From NCBI RefSeq assembly GCF_009914755.1, contig NC_060945.1: a stretch of 64,000 bases of DNA. The stretch is one strand, 5' to 3'. Position numbers and translations under genes: made by a program. The number at the start of each line of letters is the position of its first letter. The stretch's first letter is position 1. Source of the DNA: the human T2T-CHM13v2.0 reference genome, Homo sapiens. This document shows positions 40,147 through 55,435 of this stretch, piece by piece. Under the pieces are notes generated by a model. It was not told the DNA's origin, did not search any database, and was given only the letters and a program-made list of their open reading frames with translations.

Positions 40147-40649
40147 TGACTACTTTTATTTTTGATGAAACTTCATCTACTTTAAAATATCGGCTTTCCA
40201 TTTTTCAAGGGCCAGTTTACTTTCAGTCCCCATATTGGGGAGACTGAAAACTTGAGTTTAGTAAAATGCCAGCAAATCGTGACTGTGAATATGCACATCT
40301 ACTTAGAATGCATAGATCATTTTTGTTTAGAAAGGCAAATCAAATTTCGGATTTCTGGCTTTTAGTCTCCTGAATCTTCTTATTTCTTCTTTTTAATTTT
40401 GCCCCTAGTTAAGGAACTACTTCTATTTTGGTCAAAGAGTAAGCTATATTTCCACAAAATGTTGACAAACTTCATAGTAGGAGTTATTACGTTAAAACTT
40501 TTATATTCAGAACTCCAAAACAGACAGAGTTTTACTTGTACAGGAACATGGTGAAACTTAAATTGCCAAGTTAGCTTTGCATGCATCTTCCTTGTATTTT
40601 TGAATATCATATACAACACCTCTTCTCTCCAACGTTAGTATTGAGTAGC

Positions 40650-40949
40650 GGCCGGGTACGGTGGCTCACATAATCCCAGCACTTTGGGAGGCCAAGGCGG
40701 GCGGATCATGAGGTCAGGAGATCGAGACCATCTTGGCTAACACGGTGAAACCCCGTCTCTACTAAAAATACAAAAAAATTAGACGGGCGTGGCGGCGCGT
40801 GCCGGTAATTCCAGCTACTCAGAAGTCTCAGGCAGGAGAACCACGTGAACCGGGGAGGCGCAGCTTGCAGTGAGCCAAGATCGCGCCACTGCACTCCAGC
40901 CTGGGCGACAGGGCAAGAGCCTGTCTCAAAAAAAAAAAAAGAAAAAAAA
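40650..40949 (+). mobile_element. Full-length AluY-like
   Basis: gagatcgagaccatcttggctaacacggtgaaacc; TSD attgagtagc (40640-40649 / 40950-40959). Confidence 0.96.
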
Positions 40950-42159
40950 ATTGAGTAGCTTAGCGCAGATTGCAGAAACATTTTTAGGACAAACTATGTG
41001 GCTTTAGCTCTTTTCCTACACAAACTGCCTTAATATGAAACTTTTTACCTGGGAAGGTCTTGAACCTGAAAACAGGCAAATATAAAGAAACATGGTGAAA
41101 TACAAAGAAACAAGTTAGTCTTCCCTAATGATCAGAATGTAACAAAGGAGGTACATTTTTCTTGATAGACAAAGGAACACTTGTAACTACTTAAACCCGA
41201 TATTTGACATTTTAGAATGTATCTATGTTAACAGGAAAAAAAGCAATGCTTCTGCTTGAAATATTTAGATTGTTCAGATAAAATTTGTTTTTTAAAATTT
41301 TTGTCTTCATTTTTCTTGTGTTAAAATATATTTATGTTATTATAATTTTGAACTTTATTCTGTAGATAATGCCTCTAGTAGTTTTTTCTAAGGCTAGAGA
41401 TATATAATTATTTTTAACTATAAGTATTCAGAGAGTACACTTAAACTGTGATCTCTCTTACCTCTGTCTTGTGAATAACTGTATATACCACAATACTAGC
41501 AATATTTTGAATGATTATCTTTTCAGTTGTATTGGTTTGCATCTTAGTTTCATCAGTAAGACAAGTAGATATAAATGTTACTGATTGCTCTGTACCTATT
41601 AACATAATTTAAATAAGGAAAAATGAGACCTTTTAGTAACAGTGGTCAATGTCAGTCATTTATATCAATACAGTAATCTATGCGTATATAAGCATAACCA
41701 GCATCAAGTGCTATGAGTATATATATTGCAAATTCCCAGCAATCTTTCTGTAGCATATTCACTGTGTAAATTATGTGCTTAACTTTTAAATTATTTACTG
41801 AAATCAAGATTCTGTTGGAATGATGTTACATATTCACTGATTCCAAGTCAACAACTTGTTCTGGTCTTTCTGAAATAGCTCCTAGGTTGTTAGCTGGCCA
41901 GAAATCCCTGGATTTAAGTTTTGCTTTTCCCATCTGTCCTTCTAATCAGTCAGCTTTCTCTGCCAATGAATGTTTTCCTAGTTGATTTCCCTTAGTTCTG
42001 ACATTGTGTTATAAGCTGAGGATTTGACATGGCAAAAGATTCCTAAAATGAGGTTCAGGCTTCTTACAAAATAGAGAATAAAACTGAGATAGCTAAGGAA
42101 ATTTGCAACTGAAAAACGTATATTTCCTCTTGCCTTTAAAGCATCTGTACTGAATTAAG

Positions 42160-42340
42160 TGAGGTCTGGATGTTACGGGAATGGCATCTAGATTTCAGAT
42201 GTTATATTGTGTTCATTACTATTTGTGTAGCATTAAATATTTTAGCTCTTTTAGATTCTGCATCCTAAAGAAAACAACTTTACTGTCTATCTTCAGATTT
42301 TTATGTTGTGGAAATTAAATAATTATGACAATACTGGCTA
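42160..42340 (+). mobile_element. MIR remnant
   Basis: cattactatttgtgtagc...ctatcttcagatttttatgttgtggaaattaaataa. Confidence 0.45.
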
Positions 42341-42344
42341 TATA

Positions 42345-42578
42345 AATGTCACAGATCTCAATATTGGAAAACAAGTATAGCAAAATGAAGAATAAATATT
42401 ATTTCATTAAGCAAATCTGTATAGTAGAATAAAATATGATATGATATAAACAAAAAAAGTTTAATATATTTAACATCCTAAAATAATTTTCTGTTTTACT
42501 TTTTTATTATAAAACTTAAAATTACATATGTGACCCACTTTCATGTCTCATATTGTATTTGTTTTGGAGAGCTCAGCT
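42345..42578 (-). mobile_element. hAT-Charlie MITE, MER33-like
   Basis: ttaaaattacatatgtgacccactttcatgtctcatattgtatttgttttggagagc matches the MER33 terminus in reverse. Confidence 0.6.
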
Positions 42579-42859
42579 CTAGAATGTTGCAGGAGATTGA
42601 CATAATGGCTGTGAAGATTTTTCTATTGACCTTCAATTCCTTGTACTTACTTGCACTATATATATATATATATAGATAGATATATTTTTTTTTCTTTTTG
42701 GCAAATCACACTCATTGTATGTTAAACTTAGGTTAGTTAACCTGTATGATAATATTAAAAACAACTTGATTTAATCTGAGATTATTATATAAATATCCTA
42801 CTTGAGATGCAGATACATTTTTGCTATATTTCTTTGAATATGGCTGACATACCTTAAGT

Positions 42860-43330
42860 TACAGGACAGTGTTCTTCATGCAAAGTTTTATGTCAACCAC
42901 CAGGACCAGAAGTCCAAATACTTCTGTTCAATTCATCTTGATATTAGAGTCACCAAGGTAAATACAACACAGTCAATCCTGGGATGGAAGAGTGCTTTTA
43001 CTCACATACACAAAACAGAGCAAGAAAAGTTTCTGTTGCATGCATAGGTCTCCTATGGTTGGTGCCCCCCACAACTCAAAGCAACTACCATACATGCACC
43101 CCTCTAAAACCACAGTACAAAGACCTCGACTCATGCTGCATGGAATCTGAAATGCTGAAGTTGAGGGTGTGTCTAACAACCATCGACACACATGTGCAGG
43201 CTCTTTATCTGTTGGTGAGGAAGTGTTCCAGGCCCATGGTCTCTCCCTATATGTCTGGGTAACATTCAAAAGACTGTGTACATAAGACTACTCTTCCCTA
43301 TATGTTTTATTTTCATCTCTCATTTCTTGG
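42860..43330 (-). mobile_element. Probable old ERVL-class LTR (family not determined)
   Basis: GC-elevated island; reverse strand has an LTR-like tgtgagtaaaagcactcttccatcccagg polyA/U5 layout. Confidence 0.3.
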
Positions 43331-43506
43331 AACTAGAAAGGTGAAAGGAAACATTTTACATTCTGCTTTGTGGCTATAGATATTGTAAAAAAAAAAAATC
43401 TGTTCTTTTTTATAAGATAGTTTTTTAAATGTTTTAATGGTGAAATTATTTAGAATTATACTGGTTTGATACTATTTTAATAAATTTGTTAAGGTGTAAA
43501 GTTGCC

Positions 43507-43512
<6 letters not shown>

Positions 43513-43547
<35 letters not shown>
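43513..43547. repeat. (CA)n microsatellite
   Basis: Read directly from the sequence. Confidence 0.98.
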
Positions 43548-43548
<1 letters not shown>

Positions 43549-44904
43549 TTCAGCAAGAATTTGTTTTGAGCAATCTAAAATCAAATACAACACATGAAAT
43601 CAGAGTTGTGGGTATGAATGACAAAAGACAAGAAGATAAAAGTAAACCAAAATCTTCTGAATGTAACCATTGTAAGTAGTCATGTCATGTTTTTCTAATG
43701 CAAAATTCAAAAAAATATTCCCATGCTTTACACTTGCTGTTCTCTTACAATTTTTTAAATGAGATTTTAAAATGCAGGTGTCCAGTGTTTTTGGTAAGTG
43801 ACTTTTATCTATCCTGAAGTGGTTTCAGATGAGTAAAATATCTCAGACAACAAGAAATAATTTTGCTCTTGACTAACAAAAAAAGATGTATTAGAATACT
43901 CAGAGAAAATTTTTTTCAAGAAAATTGTTTTTATAAAAAAGGTGTACTACTTGTTCCTATTCTGATTAACTGGATTGTAGCACTGAGACTTCATTCTGTG
44001 TGACAGTGGAAATATGCCTAGGTAACATGCTCAGTAATCTATTACTTGGATTTCTTATGACTATTGCTTTTGTTCAGTAAATTACATAGCCAATAAGTAT
44101 GAGAAAATGGAACTAAAAAATTAATTCATTAAAATAGTAGTTAAAAGGGAATAATATCTATTGTAGCTTTAAACTTTTAGCATTTTTTCTTTGAGATATT
44201 GTCCAGCAAATAGAATGTATCTGAGAACGTTAAAATGTAACATTTTAGAAATTAATATTTCTTTGAATAGAATGTAATGAAAAACAAAAAAGAACATTTC
44301 CTTTAATAGAATATGTTATGCTATTATTCAAATACATTAACATGTCCTTTGTAGAATATGTTATGAAAATATAGAAAAGATGTAATGAATACAAGTGTAT
44401 AGAAGCCATTATATAATTTATTAATATTTATTCCTATTATATATAATTTTGTTCTTGACTACATAGGGAAAAGACAGAATTACTCAGCTTACTTCTTTGA
44501 GCTTCCCAGCATGAACCCTTTAATTTTGTCTACCTTCAGTCAGGACCTCCCTGCCTCACCCTACCAGCTCCAAATTCAGCCTGTGCCTCCAATCTGGACA
44601 CTCCGCATTTCTTGCTCCAGACCTCAGACCAAGACAATCACCCATAGATTCCTATGCACTGTTCTGATATGGGAAATCTAACTGTGTACCATATCTGTGT
44701 GTAGACTATGTGGCAGTGGTATATAGAAACTATGGACTGTTTTAGCATCTGAGTACATAATCTATGCAAAACCTATGTATCCTTAAAAATATAATCTAAT
44801 AGACCTTCTTTGTCATTTCCACCCAAAAATAATCATTTACAGTGGTCTGTAATTTTTTATGAACTTCTAACATTTACTACTCTTTAAGAAACCTGACGGA
44901 ATCA

Positions 44905-45050
44905 ATACTGCTGACTAGTAAACTAGACACTGCAGGGGAATCATAACAACAGAGATGCCTGCTTCCATGGAGATTTTATTCCAGTGGGGGAGATAGATAA
45001 TAAATAAGAAAATGAATTATTACAACACAATTTAACAGTACATTAGACAC
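44905..45050 (-). mobile_element. LINE-2 3' remnant
   Basis: ctagacactgcagggg...cctgcttccatggagattttattccagtgggggagatagataataaataag. Confidence 0.65.
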
Positions 45051-46569
45051 TGCATTGTTTATAAATTGCAGTGACTCAGGTAGGACTACCAGTAAATTAC
45101 ACCTTAGAATGAAATACTTTAATAAACCAAGCAGATTGCCTTATCCTTAACCCTAAAAAGGGAATAGTGATGCTGAGAATATAAAGATATCAACTGAGCT
45201 TGAGGAAGAGAGAATAGTATTCTTGGAACTTAAGGAGCATTAACTAGAATAGGCTGCCACAGCAGTAAGAGAGCTTTAGATAGCCACAGAACACGTTTCA
45301 AGAGCCAAAAAGTATTTTGGCCTTTTGATATCATGAGGGATGAAAAAGCCAACATATTGAAAAGTTGTCTAGGAAGTGGCTGAATGAAATTTGCCACTTT
45401 ACTTTGAGCTGGCAGCAACACCAAGTTGTCACTGAAAATGACTTCTCTTAACTTAGAATTACTACTGCATATTGTTTACTGAAAAATTCTGTTAAAAACA
45501 AAACATACTTTATAGAGAATTCATGTAATATTCACTTTTTTATATTCATAAGCATCTCTATAACAGTGTCAGTTTTATATTTATAATAGTTGGATTTTAA
45601 AAATTCTGCTCAAGGTCAATTTTTAAGTAAGGGAACTTTTAAATAATTACAACTGAATTATCTGTAGAATTGTCTTCCATAATTTTCTAAAATTCTATTT
45701 TAAGACTTCCAAATTCAAATATTAACTTTAAAAGATAAAAAAATTGATTTTGAATAAATATTTGATTTCAGTGATTATATTTGTCATCAGCTCCTCCTTT
45801 CAATTAATATCTCTTAGAGAAGCTATCATTATCTCAGTTTTCACATTGATAATGATGAGTAGCTGGATGCAGTTGTTGGAGACTTCGAGACACTTCTGAA
45901 AGGCCTTAGAAGTTTTCATTTAATCTGACAGCTTCATGTTCCTCAAGCTGGGTTTTTTGGAAATTCTGAATAGCCCATCTGGAATTTCTATAGGAAAGAA
46001 AATCTTGATAAGAAACAGTACTGAACTGTGTTTAGAATTTATTTGTAAAAGATAGTGAACAAATTCCATGAATAGTTCTCTCAAGCATTTGGCAGGACAC
46101 ATTTGCATATAGAATTATTAATGTATACAATAGTTTTAGGTAATAACACTTTTCAGGAAATCTGTAAAACTTTAATGCAGGAAATAATGTACACAAAAAT
46201 ATGATGAATAATTTTTAAATCATTTCTAAACTTTACCTAAAATTCCTGTATCTATACCAAAAAGATATTTTTAACTGTCTTTCTAAGGAGTTGGGATAAT
46301 AAATTGAAGTGAAATAAATGGTGTACTCAGTTAAACAATCAATATTGATATCAGTTATTAGTAAAATATTGACTTTATTTATCATCACAACTTCTTTTCA
46401 TTTACCAGTAAAGTTACCCATGAAATTTATTAATAGAATGTATATGTTTTAGAAAATATTGCACTTTTTTTGCTGTAGTGTTTCTAGTTCCAACATTCTA
46501 GAGGCAGATTTTAGTAACTAACAGAAATGTGAATATTCATAACATAATTCAAATTTTTTAATTGGAAGC

Positions 46570-47050
46570 TTTCTTCATGTGTCTGTCAGGTTTTGGTATC
46601 AGGCTGATGCTGGCTTCATAGAATGAGTTAGGAAGAAACTTCTTCTTTTAGATTTTTCTGGAATAGTTTCAGTGATTGATATCAGTTCTTCTGGTAGAAT
46701 TTGGCTGTGAATCTATCTTGTTCTGGGTCTGCTTTAGTTGGTAAATTCTTTATTACTGATTCAATTTCAGAAATTGATATTGGCCTATTCAAGGTTTCAA
46801 TTTATGCAAGGAGCGAATCTTTTCCTGATTCAACTTGAGAGATTGTGTGCTAGGAAGAATTTATCCATTTCCTCTAGATTTTCTAATTTGTGTGCATAGA
46901 GTTGTTAATAGTACTCTGACGATCTTTTGTATTTCTTTAAGATCAGTTGTAATACCACCTTTGTCATTTCTGATTGTGATTAATTGGGTCTTTTCTTTCT
47001 TTTTGTTTGTTAATATAGCAAAGGGTCTATCAATCTTATTTATTTTTTCA
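46570..47050 (-). mobile_element. Inverted L1 ORF2 segment (5' part of a 5'-inverted L1)
   Basis: Minus-strand peptide [43 protein letters not shown]. Confidence 0.9.
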
Positions 47051-47807
47051 CTAATCATCAGATAGATACAAATTAAGACGACAATGAGATACAATCTCAC
47101 ACCAGACAGATATGGCTATTACTAAAAAGTCCAAAACCCACAGAAGCTGGTAAGGCTACAGAGCAAAGGGAACACTTATATATTGTTGGTGAAAATGTAA
47201 TTTAGTTCAGCCACTGTGAAAAGAAATCTGGAAAATTTTCGCAGAATGTATAGCAAAACTGCAGTTCCACCCAGCTATCCCATTACTGGTTATATACCCA
47301 AAAGAAAATAAATCATTCTATCAAAAAGACACATGCTCTTGCATGCTTATTGCTGTGCTACCACAGCAGTGAAGACATGGAATCAATCCAGATGCCCGTC
47401 AATAGTAGATTGGATAAAGAAAATGTGGTATAGATACACCATGGAATACTATACTACCATATAAAAGAATGAAATCATGTCTTTTATGGCCAATGGCAAT
47501 ATAGATGGAGCTGGAAGCCATAACCCTAAACAAATTAAGACAGAAACAGAAAACCAAATACTGCATGTTATGACTTCTAAGTGGGAGTCAAACATTCAGC
47601 ATTCATGTACAGAATTATGGGAAAAATAGACACAACCAACTTAGAGGGTGGTGGCGGGGGTGGAATTAAAAAATTACCTATCAGGTACTATGGTCACAGC
47701 TTAGGTGACAGAATTTTTACCCCAAACTTCAGCATCATACAAAATTTCCATGTAACATACCTGCAGATGTTATGTTAAATAAATAAAAGTTGAAAAAAAA
47801 AAAAAAA
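47048..47807 (+). mobile_element. L1PA15/16-like 3' end with polyA (sense part of a 5'-inverted L1)
   Basis: cactaatcatcagatagatacaaattaagacgacaatgagatac...ccccaaacttcagcatcatacaaaatttccatgtaac...aaaagttg then A15. Confidence 0.92.
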
Positions 47808-48173
47808 GCAAAATGTGCTCAGAGGTCTTACAAAGCTGACTTCCAGTCTCGTCTTATTAGTAGGAGATGTGTCACACACACCTCCCCTAAATGGAATGTA
47901 CTCAGAGAAAAAGAGATTGTGGAAATAAATTAGATCAGTGAGTTAATGGTGTCTGCCATTTCCTAATTATTTATATTAGCTTAAAGTTTCTCTGAACATT
48001 TGGGTTATGCCAAACTGAACAGCCAATTAGCTAGTTGTTTAGCATTCCTGAGTCTCACCCATTCTATTCTGGTAGAGGCTTTTTGTCATTGTGAGAACAA
48101 AAATGCCTTTGTGCATTTTCAAATAATTCAAAACGTGATGTCATCCACCTTGAAAGTCACTTAATTTCATATG

Positions 48174-49370
48174 CAGTCATGCAGCACTTAATGCTGGGAG
48201 ATACTTTCTGAGAAATACACTCCTGGGTCATTTTGCCATTGCTTGAGCATCATAGAGTGTACTTTACACAGAATAGAATGGTACAGTCTACTACACACCT
48301 AGGCTATGAGGTATAGACTATTGATCCTAGGCTACAAACCTGTACAGCATGTTACTGCACTGAATATTGTAGGCAACTGTAATACAACAGTAAATATTTA
48401 TGTATCTAAACATAGTTAAATATAGTACTGTAAAAACATAGTATAACAGATACAAAAATATTATTATTATATGTAGAGCATTTACCATGAATCGAGGTAG
48501 CAGAACTGGAAATTGCTCTGGGTGAGTCGGTGTGTGAGGGGTGAGTGAATGAAAAGCCCTAGGATACTACTGTGCATGGCTATTGGCTTTATAAACACTG
48601 TGCACTTAGGCTACACTACATTTATAAAAACCTTTCTTTAATAATAAATTAACCTTACTATAGCTTTTTTACTTTATAACTTTTCATTTTTTTAACTTTT
48701 AAATTTTTTGTAATAACAGCTTAAAACACAAACACATGATATGGCTGTATACAATTTTTCCCCTATATCCTTACTCTATAAGCTTCTTCCTATTTTTACA
48801 TTTTTTTATTTTCTACTTTTTAAACTTTTAAATTAAAATTTAAAGCAGAAACAGACATTAGCCTAGGCCTACACGGTGGCAGCATCATCAAATGTCACTG
48901 TTTCTCATCTCCACATTTTGTCCCACTGGAAGGTCTTCAGGGGCAATAACATGTCTGCAGCCATCATTCCCTATGATAACAGTGCCTTCTTCTGCAATAC
49001 CTCCTGTAAAACCTACTTAAGGCTGCTTTACGTTAACTCTTTAAATCTGAGTAGAAGGAGTACACTCTAAAATAACAATAAAATTATAGTAAATAAATAC
49101 ATAAACCAATAACGTAGTTCTTTATTATCAGTATCAAGTAGTATGTACTGTACATAATTGTATGTGCAATATTTTTATACAACTGGAAGCACAGTATGTT
49201 GGTTTATACGGGCATCAGCACAAATGTGAATAATGAATTGTGCTATGACTTTACAATGGTTAAGATGTATCTGGGCAATAGGCATTTTTAGCTTCATTAT
49301 AATCTTACCGGACCACCTTCATATATGTGGTACCTCAATGATGAAAATATTGTTATTCAGAGCATGGCTG
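48174..49370 (-). mobile_element. Full-length Tigger3b (Golem/MER7-type Tc1-mariner derivative)
   Basis: TIRs cagtcatgc... and ...gcatggctg followed by TA; diagnostic ctactacacacctaggctat...cctaggctacaaacctgtacagcatgttactg; ~1.2 kb. Strand is relative to the recalled consensus. Confidence 0.9.
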
Positions 49371-49629
49371 TATTTTCAGATCCAAAAAGTAGTTATTATA
49401 GTATCTCCTTTCTGTAAAGTGGTCTAGAATTATTTAATACCTGGATTTAAAAAGAACATAAAATAATGAGGCACATAATTGAGGTAATCAGCAAAATAAA
49501 GCTAGTGAGACTTAAGTTAATATAAAGTTGATCACTAAGTTTTACCTTAGTTTTAACAAAAAGAATATATCTTGAAACATAAACTAAGCCTTAATTAAAA
49601 TTTTGGTGTAGACCATGGTTATCTTAAAT

Positions 49630-50470
49630 GCACTTTTTCTCCAACTGCAATTCTTCTCTTCTTCCCACAACTAAACATCAGTAGTGACATGTTGCCTTCT
49701 ATTTACTCAGTAATGAGTATTACTAGCACTCTTAGTTCTTTCCAAATTCCTCCTTTCTTTTCTCTCCTTTTCACTCATCCTCAATTTTCTCTTTCTTTAT
49801 TCACCATCCACTAACAGTTTTTAGGAAATTTCCTCTCAGTAATGTTGCAGAATGATTTGTTTTCTTACTTTGTAGTGGATATTATTGACTGAAAAGCAGC
49901 CAATCTGTTACTTTTCTCTGGGCTACTAGCATTTCAACAGGGAAGCCTACATATCCACAGGAATAAAAGTGTAGTTGGACGATTTTAGGCATTAGAAGCA
50001 AGTATAGCCTGTGCATAAAATTACCTCACTACATTCTGGGTGTTAAGGGTGTGCAAGGAAAGAAAATACTGCTAGCTCTTGGAGAATTGTTTTTAACAAC
50101 AAAAAAGGAAGGAACATTTTCTCTAATTGTCAGGGGTCTCAGAAAACATGACTTTAGTCTAAGCACTGTTCTTCTGTGACAATAATTGAATAGGAATTGC
50201 TGTCTGGATATTAGATCCACTTCTAAACTATCCCCCAGTTTGCCCCACTCCCTAGCTACCTCTTTCCAGATAAATACAGCCATCCCTGTTCTCTTTCTTT
50301 CCCATGATATCTGATATTCTTCCCTCCGCCTCAAATCATTGAAATGTTCTCCAGAACTCTTCTTACTCCTTATATTTTTCTTCTCTGCTTGTTCCCCAAT
50401 TTCTTTTTTTATCTGAAGACAATTTCCCAAAATGTCAATGACTTAGCACTTGGATATCCAGGTCACTTTT
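49630..50470 (+). mobile_element. LINE-2 fragments
   Basis: Pyrimidine-rich L2-like blocks (ccactccctagctacctctttccag...tcttccctccgcctcaaatcattg). Confidence 0.4.
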
Positions 50471-52158
50471 TTATTTATTTCTGACAACCTACTCTACTAA
50501 CTCTTCCCAGCCTGTCTCTTAGTAGGACCAATTATAGATGTCCATGATTCAATAACAAGATATATTAATGAGGCTGCATGGTATTCTCAAACCAGAGTAG
50601 AATATATCTTATCACATTTCTTTCTAAAGAGATTATGTCTTCACCTTTTCCAATTCCAATAGAGCTTGTTAATTAAATAATTATGATAGCATTATCCATT
50701 AATCCTTTAACATGAAGGATAAAAACAAAGTAACAAAACAGGTTCTTGACCATTTGTTATCTGCTCTGTAATCCCACATCATTTCATATTTTTACTTTCA
50801 GCTCTGTGAGTTTATACATTTTAAATATTTGAATACATATTTTAGGGGGATCAGATGACAGTAAAAGGCTTTATAGTTTTTACTTCGTTGTAATTTTTAA
50901 GTTCTATCCTTCCTCATTCACAAAGTATGTGTATTCCTACTATAGTGGAATAGGAAGATAATACTGAGATAATATATTTCCCATGCTGGCATTATTTCCT
51001 GGCAGAACTAACAATAATAGTTCAGACATGGGTATTATTGAGAAATAGCTGGAAACTAATATAAGCCATACTTTAAGAGAAAAAAAGATTATGTTATACG
51101 ATAGACCTGAAAGTATATTTTACAACCCTATTTTCTAGATGTGGAAGATGAATCTACTTGCTCACACATTCAGAAAACGACACTTATGAGATTGCATAGA
51201 AATTTAATGTCTCTACAGAACCTTGGTGGGAATTGAGGTAACACAAATCAATAGAATTAAACATCTATATGGAGAATAGGAAAGTAAAAATGAGTGTAAT
51301 AATGTCACATTATGCATGAGAAAATGCATACAATTATCTTAAGTAGAAATTATTTCACAAATAGTTTGTATTTATTGTGTAAAAATAGCCACATATATTT
51401 TAATAAACAGTTTTGGACACGGTTTCTTTCCTATGTTTAGGAAACCATTTAATTTGCTGATAGCTATGGTATTATATGAGTCTTGGCACATTAAGTAAGT
51501 TTTCTGAGCTAAAGAGAACTAACGAAAATTGGTAGTTTAAAATCAATTAGGAAGAAAATATGATAGGAACTAGCAATTGTGCTTGTGGCATAGTTTCTAA
51601 AGCTTAATTGACCTTCGTAAGGTACTCGTAGTAAGTAGGTTGTATCATATCACACTGGTAATAAGAGAAGGAAAATAGCTTAAAATAAGGTTTTAAAATA
51701 ATAAAATTAGGTGTAATTTTTGTGATAAATTATATTCTAGTTACTTATGTCTACATATATACTTTTAATTGCCCTTCACTTTATTGCACTTTGCAGATAT
51801 TACATTTCTTACTAATTGAAGTTTATGTCAACCCTGCATTGAACAAATCTGTTGACATCATTTTTCCAACAGCATGTGCTTATATTGTGTCTATGTCACA
51901 TTTTGGTAATTCTCACAGTGTTTAACACTTTTATTACTATTATAATGTCTGTATGGTGATATATAATCAGTGACTTTTGATGTTACTATTGTAATTGTTA
52001 GAGCACCATGACCTACACCTATGCATGATGGCAAACATAATCAATAAATGTCATGTGTGTTCTGGCCATTTCCTTGTCTCTTGCCCTCTCCTCTCCTCAG
52101 GCCTCCTTATTCCTGAAGTCACAACAATATTAAAATTAGACCAATTAATAACCCTAAA

Positions 52159-53600
52159 ATGGCCTTGAAGTGTCCAAGTGAATGTGTCACACATCAGTCA
52201 CTTTAAATCAAAAGCTAGAAATGATTAAGCTTAGTGAGGAAGTCATGTGAAAAGCAGGGATTAACTCAAAGTTAGGCGCCTTGTGACAAACAGGTAGTCA
52301 ATTTGTAAATGCAAAGGAAAAGTTCTTGAAGGAAATGAAAAGTACTATTCCAATGAACATGTGAATGATAAGTGAAACAGCCCTAGTGTTGCTATAGAGA
52401 AAGTTTGAGTAGTCTGAATAAAAGATCAACCTAGCCACAACATTCTCTTAAGCCAAAGCCTAATCCAGACCAAGACCCCAATTCTCTTTAATTCTTTGAA
52501 GGCTGAGGGAAGAGAGGAAGCTACAAAAGAAAATTTGGAAACTAGAAAAGGGTGGTTCATGAGGTTTAATGAAAGAAGACCTCTCCATAACATAAAAGTA
52601 CAAGGTGAAGTAGCAAGTGGTGATGTAGAATCTGTAGCAAATTATCCAGAAGATCTAGCTGTGATCACTGATGAATGTGGCTACACTAAATTGCAGTTTT
52701 CAAATATACATGAAACAGCCTTTGGGAAAAGATGCAATCTAGGGTTTTCATAGCTAGAGAGGAGAAGTCAATGCCAAGCTTCAAATCTCCAAATAGCAGG
52801 ATGACTCTTTCATTAGGGGTTAATGAATCTGTTGACTTTAAGTTGAAGCCACTGTTCATTTACCTTTCTGAAAATTCAAAGACCCTTAATAATGACACTA
52901 AATTTCCTCTCCCTGTAGTCCATAAATGAAACAACAAAGACTGGATAAAAGCATATCTATTTACAGTTTGATTTACTGAATACCTGAAGCCCACTGTTGA
53001 GACATATTGCTCAGAATCAAAGAATTCTTTCAAAATATCATTGTTCACTGACAACGTACCTGGTCATCAAGAGCTCTGATGGAGATTTACAAAAAGATTC
53101 ATATTATTTTTATGCCTGTGAACACAACAGCAATTCTGTGTCCCATGTATCAAGGAGTAATGTGGACTTTCAAGTCTTATTTATTTAAGAAATACATTTC
53201 ATAAGGCTTCCATAAATGCTGATTTCTCTAATGGATTTGGGCAAAGTAATTTGAAAACTTTCTGGAAAAGATTCACTATTCCAGATGCCATAAAGCATAT
53301 TTGCTATGCATAGGAGGAAGTAAAAATATAAACATTGATATAAGTGTGGAAAAAGTTGACTTCAACTCTCATGTATGACTTTGTGGTGTTAAAGACTTTA
53401 GTGGAGGAAGTAACTGCAGAGTTACTTCCTATCTCTGAGTTACTATCATGAGATTACTGCAATCTCATGATAAATCTTGAATTGTTGAGGAGTTATCTTT
53501 TATGAATGAACAAAGAAAGTGGATTATTCAGATAGAATCTACTTCTGGTGAAGATGCTGTGAACATTGTTGAAATGACAACAAAGGATTTAGAATATTAC
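52159..53600 (+). pseudogene. Decayed Tigger1 (pogo/CENP-B-like DDE) transposase
   Basis: ORF fragments [46 protein letters not shown] and [35 protein letters not shown]; frameshifts and stops. Confidence 0.9.
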
Positions 53601-53780
53601 ATAAAGTTAGTTTGTATAGCTGCAGCAGGGTTGAAGAGAATTGATTCCAATTCTGACAAAAGTTTTCATATAGGTAGGTAGAACTTCTACCAAACATTGT
53701 TGCATGCTACAAAAAATATTTTATAAAAGGAAGTCAACTGATGCAGTGAACTTCATTGTTGTTTTATCTTAAAAAATTGC

Positions 53781-54008
53781 TCAGCCTGGATGACATAGTG
53801 AGATCTAGTCTCAGGCAAAATTTTTACTTTTTAAAAGTTAACTGGGCATATTGGCATGCACCTGTTGTCCCAGCTACTTGGGAGGCTGAGGTGGGAGGAT
53901 CCCTTGAGCTCAGGAGTTCGAGGCTGCGGTGAGCTATATGATTGTGCCACTGCCCTTCAGCCTGATTGACAAGATGTGACTCTGTCTCTAAAAAAAATAA
54001 TGATAATA
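53781..54008 (+). mobile_element. 5'-truncated AluJ
   Basis: gaggtgggaggatcccttgagctcaggagttcgaggctgcggtgagctat (J diagnostics). Confidence 0.9.

Positions 54009-55435
<1,427 letters not shown>

Noticed and set aside
52496-53188. TIGD1-like domesticated transposase gene
   Set aside because: The ORF is broken across several frames and sits in an ordinary Tigger1 copy with TIRs and nested insertions.
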